Shown: piece after piece, positions 56,578-64,000 of the stretch
Layout: every line of letters begins with the position of its first letter
How positions within the stretch are numbered: the stretch's first letter is position 1
Source: Candidatus Margulisiibacteriota bacterium
GTDB taxonomy: Bacteria > Margulisbacteria > WOR-1 > O2-12-FULL-45-9 > XYB2-FULL-48-7
Reading direction: 5' to 3'
Assembly: GCA_041658645.1 (NCBI GenBank)
Contig: JBAZZV010000002.1
Location: 35,828-99,827 of the forward strand
DNA length: 64,000 nucleotides
Notes under the pieces: generated by a model
Databases searched by the model: none
What the model saw: the letters and a program-made list of their open reading frames with translations, nothing else
Told to the model about the DNA's origin: nothing
Program-made: the position numbers and the translations under genes

Positions 56578-56683
56578 CTCACCCCCCATCCCCCTCTCTT
56601 AAAAAGAGAGGGGGTGAAAACGCTCTTGGAAACTGAAGCCTCCCCCTTCTCTTTCTAAGAGAAGGGGGTCAGGGGGATGAGTT
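56578..56683. repeat. About 105-bp palindromic intergenic repeat element, copy B, positioned as a bidirectional terminator between the convergent pfp and pfkA genes.
   Basis: Near-identical to copy A in direct orientation. The two hairpin loops (cta/aaaa) are swapped relative to copy A. Confidence 0.85.
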
Positions 56684-56693
56684 AGAGAGTGAG

Positions 56694-57668
56694 TTACGTG
56701 GCCAACATATTCGCCAGCTTGTAGGCGGCGAGATCGATCTTCTTCTTGCGGCGGATGATCTCTTCGGTCGGTGTTTCGATGATCTTGTCCGACTGGATCC
56801 CGACCATCAGCGCTCCTTTACCCTCGATCAGCAACTGCACGGCCCGCGCCCCTAATTTACAGGCGACTTCGCGCGACAGCGCCGTCGGCGACCCGCCCCG
56901 CTGGATATGGCCGAGGATAGAGACCCGGACGTCCAGGGTAGTCTTCTTCTTCAAAGCCGCGGCTACATCGTGCGCTTTGGCCGCCCCTTCCGCCACCACC
57001 ACGATAAAACTGGATTTACCGCGCTGTTGGCCGTAGCGGAGCTTTTGGCCGATAGCGTCCAGGTTAAAGGCCACTTCAGGGATGATGATCGCTTCGGCCC
57101 CGGCCGTCAGACCGACGTCAAGAGCGATGAAACCGTTATACCGCCCCATCACTTCGATGACAAAGACCCGCTCATGAGAAGTGGCCGTATCACGGATCTT
57201 GTCGATCGCTTCGACCGCCGTATTGACCGCGGTGTCAAAGCCGATGCTGTAGTCGGTGCCGTAAATGTCGTTATCGATCGAGGCCGGGATATTGATCGTC
57301 GGCAGATCGTATTCCTTGTAAAGTTCGTGCGCGGCGCGCAACGAGCCGTCGCCGCCGATCACGACCAGCCCTTCAATATTATAAGCGCGGAGGTTGTCGA
57401 ACGCCTTCTTGCGCATCGCTTTCTGGGCGAACTCGGGACAGCGGTGGGTATGAAGGATCGTCCCTCCCCGGTTGATGATCCCGCCGACCGTGCTAAGTTC
57501 CATGTTAATGATCTTGCCGTCGATCATCCCCTGCCAGCCCCGTTCAATGCCGTAGATCTTCAAGCCGTTATAGATCGCCGTCCGCACTACCGCCCGAATG
57601 GCGGTATTCATCCCCGGCGCATCGCCACCTGGCGTCAGAACTCCGATAGTTTTAATTTTCTTACTCAT
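56694..57668 (-). CDS. pfkA: ATP-dependent 6-phosphofructokinase.
   Basis: GVLTPGGDAPGMNTAIR, GGDGS and PASIDNDIYGTD (Gly104/Gly124 type). Confidence 0.9.
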   Translation of the reverse strand: MSKKIKTIGVLTPGGDAPGMNTAIRAVVRTAIYNGLKIYGIERGWQGMIDGKIINMELSTVGGIINRGGTILHTHRCPEFAQKAMRKKAFDNLRAYNIEGLVVIGGDGSLRAAHELYKEYDLPTINIPASIDNDIYGTDYSIGFDTAVNTAVEAIDKIRDTATSHERVFVIEVMGRYNGFIALDVGLTAGAEAIIIPEVAFNLDAIGQKLRYGQQRGKSSFIVVVAEGAAKAHDVAAALKKKTTLDVRVSILGHIQRGGSPTALSREVACKLGARAVQLLIEGKGALMVGIQSDKIIETPTEEIIRRKKKIDLAAYKLANMLAT

Positions 57669-57744
57669 GTTTCCCCTCCCGCTTCGGAATTATATCGCAT
57701 TGGACGATTAAATCAATCCCACACTTTATGTTGTATAATAAACT

Positions 57745-58311
57745 ATGTACCAATACGTCGTCTTCAACAAACCGTACGGGGTCCTCTGCCAGTTCAGCGA
57801 TGAGCTTGGCCGGCCCACCCTTAAAGATTATATCCCACTGGCCGCGGTCTATCCGGTCGGCCGACTGGATATAGACAGCGAAGGCTTGCTCCTGTTGACC
57901 GATGACGGGGGGTTGAACCAACGCCTGGCCAACCCCAAACATAAACAGGAAAAGGTCTACTGGGCCCAGGTCGAAGGTCTCCCCACTCCGGAGCAACTGG
58001 CCAAACTAGCGCAAGGGGTAATAATAAAAGGGAGAAAAATCCTCCCCGCCCGGGCCAAACTATTAGACCAGGAACCGACCCTTTGGCCAAGACCAACACC
58101 GATCCGTTTCCGGAAGAATAAACCGACTAGCTGGCTGGAATTAACGATCACCGAGGGAAAGAACCATCAGGTCAAAAGGATGACCGCGGCGGTCGGCCTC
58201 CCCTGCCTCCGCCTGGTCCGGATCGCCATCGGGCCGCTCCAGCTCGGCACCCTACAGCCGGGGGAGTATAAATTGGTCGACCGATATGATAAAATTTTAA
58301 AACAGGAGTGA
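57745..58311 (+). CDS. Pseudouridine synthase, RsuA/RluE family (no S4 domain).
   Basis: YVVFNKPYGVL...VYPVGRLDIDSEGLLLLTDDG contains the catalytic Asp motif. Confidence 0.8.
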   Translation: MYQYVVFNKPYGVLCQFSDELGRPTLKDYIPLAAVYPVGRLDIDSEGLLLLTDDGGLNQRLANPKHKQEKVYWAQVEGLPTPEQLAKLAQGVIIKGRKILPARAKLLDQEPTLWPRPTPIRFRKNKPTSWLELTITEGKNHQVKRMTAAVGLPCLRLVRIAIGPLQLGTLQPGEYKLVDRYDKILKQE

Positions 58312-59858
58312 TGATCATGGCAAAAAAGATCAAGATATTCGACACAACTCTTCGGGACGGCGAACAATCGCCCGGCGCCTCGCTCAACCCTGAAGAAAAA
58401 ATGGAGATCGCCCGCCAGTTGGCCAAACTCAACGTCGACGTAATTGAAGCCGGCTTTGCCATCTCGTCCCCCGGCGATTTCGACTCGGTCCAGGCGATCG
58501 CCCAGCAGATCAAGGGCCCCTATATCTGCAGTCTGGCCCGCGCGAAAAAAGAAGACATCGACCGTGCCTGGGAGGCGGTCAAACACTCTGCTAAACCGAT
58601 GATCCACGTTTTTCTCGCCACCTCGCCGATCCATATGGAGAAAAAACTGCGCATGACGCCGGAGAAGGTCTACGAAACGGCGGTCAAGATGGTGAAACAT
58701 GCAAAGTCGCTCTGCCCCAATGTCGAATTCACTTGCGAGGATGCCGGCCGCTCGGACCACGAATTCCTTTATAAAGTGATCACTGGCGTGATCGAAGCCG
58801 GGGCCACCATCATCAACGTGCCGGACACGGTCGGTTACACAACCCCCTGGGAGTACGGCCAACTGGTCGAGAATATCATAAAGAACGTGCCGCTGATTAA
58901 AGAAAAGAACGTCACGATCTCCGTCCATTGCCACAACGACCTTGGCCTGGCCACCGCCAATTCGCTGGCGGCGATCAAAGCCGGAGCCACCCAGGTCGAA
59001 TGCACGCTCAACGGCCTCGGTGAACGCGCCGGGAACGCCGCGCTCGAAGAGGTCGTCATGGCGCTCAAGACCCGCCAGGACTATTTTGACGCCGAAGTAG
59101 CGATCAATACGAAAGAGATCTATAAGACCAGCCGGATGGTCAGCAACCTGACCGGCATCCTGGTCCAGCCCAATAAGGCGGTGGTCGGGGCCAACGCTTT
59201 CGCCCACGAAGCCGGGATCCACCAGGCCGGCGTACTGATCGATCCCAATACCTACGAGATCATGCGGCCGGAAGATATTGGCCTGACCGAGAACAAGCTC
59301 GTCCTCGGCAAGCATTCCGGCCGGCACGCTTTCGCCGACCGGCTGAAAGATATGGGGTACGCTCTAAGCGAAGCCAATCTGGAAAAGGCCTTTAACAAGT
59401 TCAAGGAGATGGCCGACCGGAAAAAAGATATCAGCGACCGCGACCTGGAAACGATCGTTGCCGACGAGGTCTATATCGTGCCGGAGACCTACTCGATCGT
59501 CAGTATCGAGACCAGCTCCGGGACCGACCGCCAGCCCGAAGCGAAAGTAACTTTATCATTCAAAGGGGAAAAGATCTCAACCAAGGAAGGGGGAGTTGGC
59601 CAGGTCGACGCGGTCTATCGCGCCATCGATAAGCTGACCCGGCTCCAGCCGCAACTGGTCGACTATTCCATCCAGGCGATCACCGGAGGGACCGACGCGC
59701 AGGGGGAAGTGATGGTCAGGATCAAGGATGGGGAGACGATCTACGGCGGCCATGGCACAGCGCTCGACGTCATTATCGCCAGCGCCAAGGCTTACCTCGC
59801 GGCAATTAACCGGCTAATCTTTGCCCGGGCGAACAACCTGGCGCGGAATATGGATTAA
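58308..59858 (+). CDS. leuA: 2-isopropylmalate synthase / (R)-citramalate synthase family (LeuA/CimA).
   Basis: IFDTTLRDGEQSPGASL and HCHNDLGLATANSLAA, plus a C-terminal LeuA-dimer regulatory domain. Confidence 0.85.
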   Translation: MMIMAKKIKIFDTTLRDGEQSPGASLNPEEKMEIARQLAKLNVDVIEAGFAISSPGDFDSVQAIAQQIKGPYICSLARAKKEDIDRAWEAVKHSAKPMIHVFLATSPIHMEKKLRMTPEKVYETAVKMVKHAKSLCPNVEFTCEDAGRSDHEFLYKVITGVIEAGATIINVPDTVGYTTPWEYGQLVENIIKNVPLIKEKNVTISVHCHNDLGLATANSLAAIKAGATQVECTLNGLGERAGNAALEEVVMALKTRQDYFDAEVAINTKEIYKTSRMVSNLTGILVQPNKAVVGANAFAHEAGIHQAGVLIDPNTYEIMRPEDIGLTENKLVLGKHSGRHAFADRLKDMGYALSEANLEKAFNKFKEMADRKKDISDRDLETIVADEVYIVPETYSIVSIETSSGTDRQPEAKVTLSFKGEKISTKEGGVGQVDAVYRAIDKLTRLQPQLVDYSIQAITGGTDAQGEVMVRIKDGETIYGGHGTALDVIIASAKAYLAAINRLIFARANNLARNMD

Positions 59859-59861
59859 GAG

Positions 59862-60095
59862 CTACTCTTCGACCGTGATACAGGTCAGGGTACGGGCGAC
59901 ACAACCGGTCGCCTGGATCTTCTTGACGATGAAATCGCCCAGCGACTTGAGATCGGGCGTTTCCACGAAAGCGATCACGTCGTAGGGCCCGGTCACCAGG
60001 TGGACGGTTTTCACCCCGGCTAACCCCTTGATCGTGTTGGTCAACTCGATCGCCTTCCCCGGCAACGCTTCGACTAGAATATAAGCTTTGGTCAT
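59862..60095 (-). CDS. Stand-alone Lrp/AsnC ligand-binding (RAM) domain protein (77 aa).
   Basis: AYILVEALPGKAIELTNTIKGLAGVKTVHLVTGPYDVIAFVETPD matches the AsnC_trans_reg fold. Confidence 0.65.
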   Translation of the reverse strand: MTKAYILVEALPGKAIELTNTIKGLAGVKTVHLVTGPYDVIAFVETPDLKSLGDFIVKKIQATGCVARTLTCITVEE

Positions 60096-60150
60096 TTAAA
60101 AACACCTCCTCTCTTTTCAAAGTATACCATTAGGTGATATAATTTCAACA

Positions 60151-60783
60151 ATGCAAGGCTTTTGGCAAAAAACCGGTTCGTATTTCCTGCGCGGGCTGAT
60201 CGCGCTTCTGCCGCTCCTGGTCACCCTCTGGTTGATCACGATCGTTTTTCAGTTCGCCGACGGGATCCTCGGCTGGCTCTTTGCCGCACTTTTTGGCCAT
60301 CAGATCCCCGGCCTGGGCATCATCACCCTGATCGCCATAATTTTCCTGACCGGTTTCCTGGCCACTCATGTTTTTGGTTCTAAACTGATCAAGGTCGGCG
60401 AGAACCTGCTTTATCGGATCCCGATCGTTAAAGGGGTCTATTCTTCCGCCAAACAGGTCAATGATGTCCTTTTCGTCCACAAGACGACCGATGAATACCG
60501 CAAGGCCTGCATCGTGGAATATCCGCGCAAAGGGGTCTGGTCGGTCGGTTTTGTCACCTCTGATGCCGCCCCGGAGATCGAAACAAAGGCCAAAGAGAAG
60601 ATGATCAATGTCTTTATCGCCAACACCCCCACTCCCGCGACCGGTTTCCTGATCATGGTACCGGCCCGCGAGGTCATCCTGCTCGACATGAAGATCGAGG
60701 ACGCTTTCAAATATGTTATCTCCGGCGGGGTCTTGAAACCGGCCGACCTCTCCCAGGAGCTCCCGATCAAGAAAGAATCTTAA
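60151..60783 (+). CDS. DUF502 family membrane protein.
   Basis: Two N-terminal TM helices and a conserved LYRIPIVKGVYSSAKQV motif. An upstream sigma-70-like promoter TTTCAA-N17-TATAAT lies at about 60100-60135. Confidence 0.75.
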   Translation: MQGFWQKTGSYFLRGLIALLPLLVTLWLITIVFQFADGILGWLFAALFGHQIPGLGIITLIAIIFLTGFLATHVFGSKLIKVGENLLYRIPIVKGVYSSAKQVNDVLFVHKTTDEYRKACIVEYPRKGVWSVGFVTSDAAPEIETKAKEKMINVFIANTPTPATGFLIMVPAREVILLDMKIEDAFKYVISGGVLKPADLSQELPIKKES

Positions 60784-60786
60784 CCG

Positions 60787-63624
60787 CTAAAGACTGAAAG
60801 TAAAATAAGTCGTCTCCTGGCCGCCGTCGTCCAACCCTTTAGCATAACCAAGCTTGAAAAGGAGCGGCACGCCGCCGAACATCGTGTTGGCCTCGAGATG
60901 AAGTTCACCGCCGATCCCTCGCTTGAACTTGAGTTGAGCAAGCGGTTGGAACGAATTACCCCCCAGATCGAAAAAGAGCGCTCCCCAAAGCCGGTCGATA
61001 AAGGTGAACCCATACAGGAAACCTCGCTCCGTATAACCCAGCGGGAAACGATATTCGAGCGACATGGAGGCCCCTTTGTTCCCCTTGTCCAGGCCGTAAG
61101 GATACCCGCGGACCGACAGGTACCGCCAGGTCAGATTTCCTTGCTCTAACCGGTCGCCCTGGCTGTAATAACCGCTTAATCGGCTGGCCAGAACATGATG
61201 AGGGAACAACGTTTTACTATAAGAGCTCAAGGCCCCGCTATAATTGGTAAATTTATAGTCGCTCTGCAGTTCCGGCAGGAATCTTTCAACCTTCAGCGCA
61301 ACATCGATCCCATCTTCCGGGCTGATCGACTTAGCGTAAACCCGGGTATTCAGATAGCGCCAGTAAGCGTATAGGGCGGTCAGGTTGCCGGTATTTGGCC
61401 TTGGAACAAACGCGTCGAGACTGCTTATATTGGTCAGGTTTAGGTTTTCCAGGCCAACAGTCAGTATTTGTTTGTCGTATTCGGAAAAGACCCGATTAGA
61501 AATGAACGAGCAGGCCAGCACCCCTTCCTGGTCCCTCTCCCAATATGTTGTCCCGCCTAAAGAGTAAGCCGTAGAATAATCGGTCAGGACCGCCGTGATC
61601 TGCGGCTGAAATTGGTTATTGACGTAATAAAGGGTATAAGCCGGCCGGCCGATAGTAAAATCGTAGCCAAGCGTGGCGTAATAATAATGCTGCTGCAGCG
61701 GATCAAAACTGCCGATATAGACCGAGGTCTGTGCCCCGTTCTCGTTATAATACGAATCCGGGATCCAGAAGAGCGGCCGCAAGGTTGGCCAGGGATTATA
61801 ATCGTGGGTCGGATATTGGTTTGTGTCTCCCGTTAAATTATCATTCTTTTCCAACCTGGGCCAGGCATCAACCGCGACAGGAACGCTTTTCCACTTGGAC
61901 GGCTCAATATCCAGCAGCGCGATATCGTAGCCCCGTGAGGAATAAGAAACGTAGGCCAGCTTCTTGCCGTCCGGAGAGACGTCCGGCATCAGCGCCCCGC
62001 CCAAAACATTCGTGACCTGATACATTCGGCCGGTCGGCAAATGATAGGCGTAAAGATTAACGATCCCGGTCCGGTCGGATTCAAAGTAGGCGTAATCGCC
62101 GCCGGGCGAGAAGGTTGGGTTAGCCTCGCTGACCGGAGCTTCGGGCGAGCCCTGCCGGCCGGTCAAAATTCTCTCGTCCCCAGTCCGCGGGTCGATCAGC
62201 ACGATCCGCTGTTCGCCCCGCCCGGTCAGTTTCGCCGCGACGATCGTTTGACCATCCGGCGAGAAAACTGGGGAAAAGTAGTTGGAGCTACCCTCATTGG
62301 AACCTGCGAGTAAACCTCGCGGTTCCAATTCTCTTTCAAGCCCCATAAACATCAAGCGCTTAGTTCCTTTATCATTCTTGGCAAAAACAACCTTACTCCC
62401 ATCCGGGGAAACGCCAGGGTCGCTCGCCCGCAAGCCATTAGTAAGTTTGGTCAGACGCCCGGAGGAGAGCTCATAACGGTAGAGGTCTTTGAATATGTAA
62501 AAGTTCCGGTAAGTATCGCCTTTGGACAAATAGAGCGCCAAACCGTCCGGCGAAAAAGAATAATTGTCGTCGTAGAACATTCCTTCCAGCACCTTGGTCG
62601 ACCCTCCGCCCGCTGCGGCGATCCGCCGGAGTTGCGGATAATCGTCGGCATTGCGCTGGAAATGATAAATGTATCGGCCATCTTTGGACCATTTTGGCTT
62701 CAAGTTATTATATCCAGTGGCGGTCAACAAGCGGGGAACGGTCAATTGACCAAGGCTTTTTTTGACCGCCCCGTATCTTAGCCGGGAGTCGGCCAGCCAG
62801 TCCGACCAGAGCTGGCCAAGCGACTTTTGGTAGAGGGCGACAAAGGCCCCGTCGATCCCGGCGGAATAAAGATAATCGCCGTAGATGTGGGCCAGCGCGG
62901 TCAAACGCTCTTCGCGGTATTGACGGGCCAGATACTCCAGAAAATTGACCCCGTAGAGATAGCGGAGCGTCCCCTGCGGCCAGAGGACCGTCTCGACCGC
63001 CGCCTGATCGATCGATTTAACGTTATCTTCCAGCACGTCCATCCGCATCATCATCTCCCAGCGGGGATCGCGGCCGCGGCCGGCATTGGTGTACTGCGTC
63101 TCCATGTAAGTCGCCAGCCCCTCGGTCATGAACCACGGCTCCAAGGCATTGGGAAAGATGTTCCGGCCAAAGATCGCCCGAAGCAGAGTAAAACCACCCT
63201 CCGCCAGGTCGAGATGGACCGCGTGGACGTATTCGTGCAGGAAGAGATAGCGTAAATAGTTGTCGTATTTATAAGGAGCCAAGTTGCCGCTCAAGTCGGT
63301 CAGGTAGAGGGTGATACAAGGGTACGGAAAAACGGTCGTGAAGCCGTTCCCGTAATCGGTAATATCCAAGAGGACAACCTGGGTTTTCATCTCCAGCTTG
63401 GAGCGGAAAACTCCGGTGATCGTCTCGTTGACCTCTTCGGCGACCTCCGCCAGGCGCCGGGCCGTCCCGGCCAGTTCAGGGTAATAATGGATCGAAAAGT
63501 GCGGCGTTTCCAAGGTTTGCCATTTCAGGGACGGGTCAAGCCAGGTGGCGGCTGAAACCTCAAACTTCAAACATCCAACTTCAAAACAAATGACAAATAC
63601 CAATAACCAAGATCTAAACTTCAT
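60787..63624 (-). CDS. Outer-membrane or secreted multidomain protein (945 aa): an N-terminal HExxH metallopeptidase-like region, TolB-type beta-propeller repeats, and a C-terminal beta-barrel-like domain ending in an aromatic residue (FTFSL).
   Basis: Signal peptide MKFRSWLLVFVICFEVGCLKFEVSAA. HEYVHAVHLD (HExxH). Repeated SPDGxxxV/A blades. The C-terminal F-x-F-S-L is an OMP-like signature. Confidence 0.65.
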   Translation of the reverse strand: MKFRSWLLVFVICFEVGCLKFEVSAATWLDPSLKWQTLETPHFSIHYYPELAGTARRLAEVAEEVNETITGVFRSKLEMKTQVVLLDITDYGNGFTTVFPYPCITLYLTDLSGNLAPYKYDNYLRYLFLHEYVHAVHLDLAEGGFTLLRAIFGRNIFPNALEPWFMTEGLATYMETQYTNAGRGRDPRWEMMMRMDVLEDNVKSIDQAAVETVLWPQGTLRYLYGVNFLEYLARQYREERLTALAHIYGDYLYSAGIDGAFVALYQKSLGQLWSDWLADSRLRYGAVKKSLGQLTVPRLLTATGYNNLKPKWSKDGRYIYHFQRNADDYPQLRRIAAAGGGSTKVLEGMFYDDNYSFSPDGLALYLSKGDTYRNFYIFKDLYRYELSSGRLTKLTNGLRASDPGVSPDGSKVVFAKNDKGTKRLMFMGLERELEPRGLLAGSNEGSSNYFSPVFSPDGQTIVAAKLTGRGEQRIVLIDPRTGDERILTGRQGSPEAPVSEANPTFSPGGDYAYFESDRTGIVNLYAYHLPTGRMYQVTNVLGGALMPDVSPDGKKLAYVSYSSRGYDIALLDIEPSKWKSVPVAVDAWPRLEKNDNLTGDTNQYPTHDYNPWPTLRPLFWIPDSYYNENGAQTSVYIGSFDPLQQHYYYATLGYDFTIGRPAYTLYYVNNQFQPQITAVLTDYSTAYSLGGTTYWERDQEGVLACSFISNRVFSEYDKQILTVGLENLNLTNISSLDAFVPRPNTGNLTALYAYWRYLNTRVYAKSISPEDGIDVALKVERFLPELQSDYKFTNYSGALSSYSKTLFPHHVLASRLSGYYSQGDRLEQGNLTWRYLSVRGYPYGLDKGNKGASMSLEYRFPLGYTERGFLYGFTFIDRLWGALFFDLGGNSFQPLAQLKFKRGIGGELHLEANTMFGGVPLLFKLGYAKGLDDGGQETTYFTFSL

Positions 63625-64000
63625 GGAATGTTATCCCAAATACTTCCTGGAAGCCTTTCACTAGCGCGGTCGAGAGCTCCTCAACCGATGGTGTCCGGCC
63701 GAGGAGCTCCTCAAGGCTGATCGCGTTGAGCAAATCGTGGCTCTTTTTCAACAACTCGAAGGCAGAAGACGGTGTTGGGCAAACGAAGATCGAACCTTGC
63801 TGCAACAAAGCTACTTTTCCCCTTTTCTGCGCGCTGCCAACGATCTTTCGCCCGTCAACAACTATCTCATATTCTGCCGGATAAGAGAAACATAAACTCC
63901 TCACCCCTTTCTTTCGACTATCGTCGAAATTCATTCCCCTCTCCATCGGAGATGGAGAGGGGTGCCGAGCGCCAGCGAGGCGGGGTGAGGATTGCGCAAC
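63614..64000 (-). CDS. Lipoate/octanoyl-protein ligase family (BPL_LplA_LipB) gene, 5'-partial. The ORF is open to the window end.
   Basis: GRKIVGSAQKRGKVALLQQGSI matches the K-I-x-G-S-A-Q motif of LplA/LipB. The reading frame continues without a stop to nt 64000. Confidence 0.6.
   Translation of the reverse strand, partial: VAQSSPRLAGARHPSPSPMERGMNFDDSRKKGVRSLCFSYPAEYEIVVDGRKIVGSAQKRGKVALLQQGSIFVCPTPSSAFELLKKSHDLLNAISLEELLGRTPSVEELSTALVKGFQEVFGITFHEV

Noticed and set aside
88-59327. Numerous 60-675-aa ORFs on the strand opposite to long genes, for example 88-354, 1588-2112, 7279-8043, 12556-13053, 14209-15222, 21590-22312, 33434-34339, 35090-35773, 40144-41127, 46777-48804, 55552-56103 and 58167-59327.
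   Set aside because: They are typical antisense ORF artefacts of high-GC coding DNA. They are wholly embedded in well-supported genes (secA, leuA, GGR, the giant genes and others) and lack RBSs or recognisable motifs.
1-64000. Search for tRNA, rRNA, CRISPR arrays, integrases or IS elements.
   Set aside because: There is no GTTCGAATC-type T-arm or cloverleaf-sized conserved segment in the intergenic regions. There are no regularly spaced direct repeats with spacers, and no transposase or integrase motifs in any frame.

Overview
This 64 kb window looks like a high-GC chromosomal segment of an uncultured Gram-negative bacterium; an Omnitrophota-like lineage is a guess, based on giant genes, PPi-PFK and T9SS/FlgD-Ig-type sorting domains. 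It contains about 50 genes and splits into three parts.

(1) Accessory region, 1-29.7 kb. Two giant uncharacterised, membrane-anchored proteins converge on a radical-SAM/SPASM gene and a zinc-ribbon methyltransferase gene. The first giant protein is more than 2,837 aa and is open at the window start. The second is about 2,000 aa. Upstream of the second giant gene, in the same orientation, lie a 15-repeat TPR lipoprotein gene and an ~11 kb tightly packed block of 14 genes. The block encodes a PorV/FadL-like outer-membrane barrel, two paralogous small proteins ending in Gly-Gly separated by an attenuator-like hairpin, coiled-coil proteins of 238-692 aa, and a GT2-TPR glycosyltransferase. At least six genes of this block, plus giant gene 2, carry the same bipartite upstream motif, TGCAAGTTTT-N12-CCGATAWWT, which matches the sigma-28 (FliA/SigD/WhiG) promoter consensus. 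No flagellar gene is present in the window. This is the candidate novel system.

(2) Housekeeping and envelope genes, 29.7-49.4 kb: sugar-nucleotidyltransferase, rpiB, pdxJ, ispF, a geranylgeranyl reductase, a BNR/FlgD-Ig secreted protein, and a polysaccharide cluster (WbaP-like, Wzy_C-TPR, GT4, gmd, csaB pyruvyltransferase), followed by prfB (no frameshift), secA and hpf.

(3) A glycolysis island, 49.4-64 kb: comF, tpiA, fba, a PPi-PFK and an ATP-PFK arranged convergently, leuA/cimA and others. The PPi-PFK gene is bracketed by two ~105-bp palindromic repeat copies. A (TAGTCAT)n heptamer array occurs both intergenically and inside tpiA.

No rRNA, tRNA, CRISPR or IS element was recognised. All calls are from reading the sequence by eye. 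No database search was possible.
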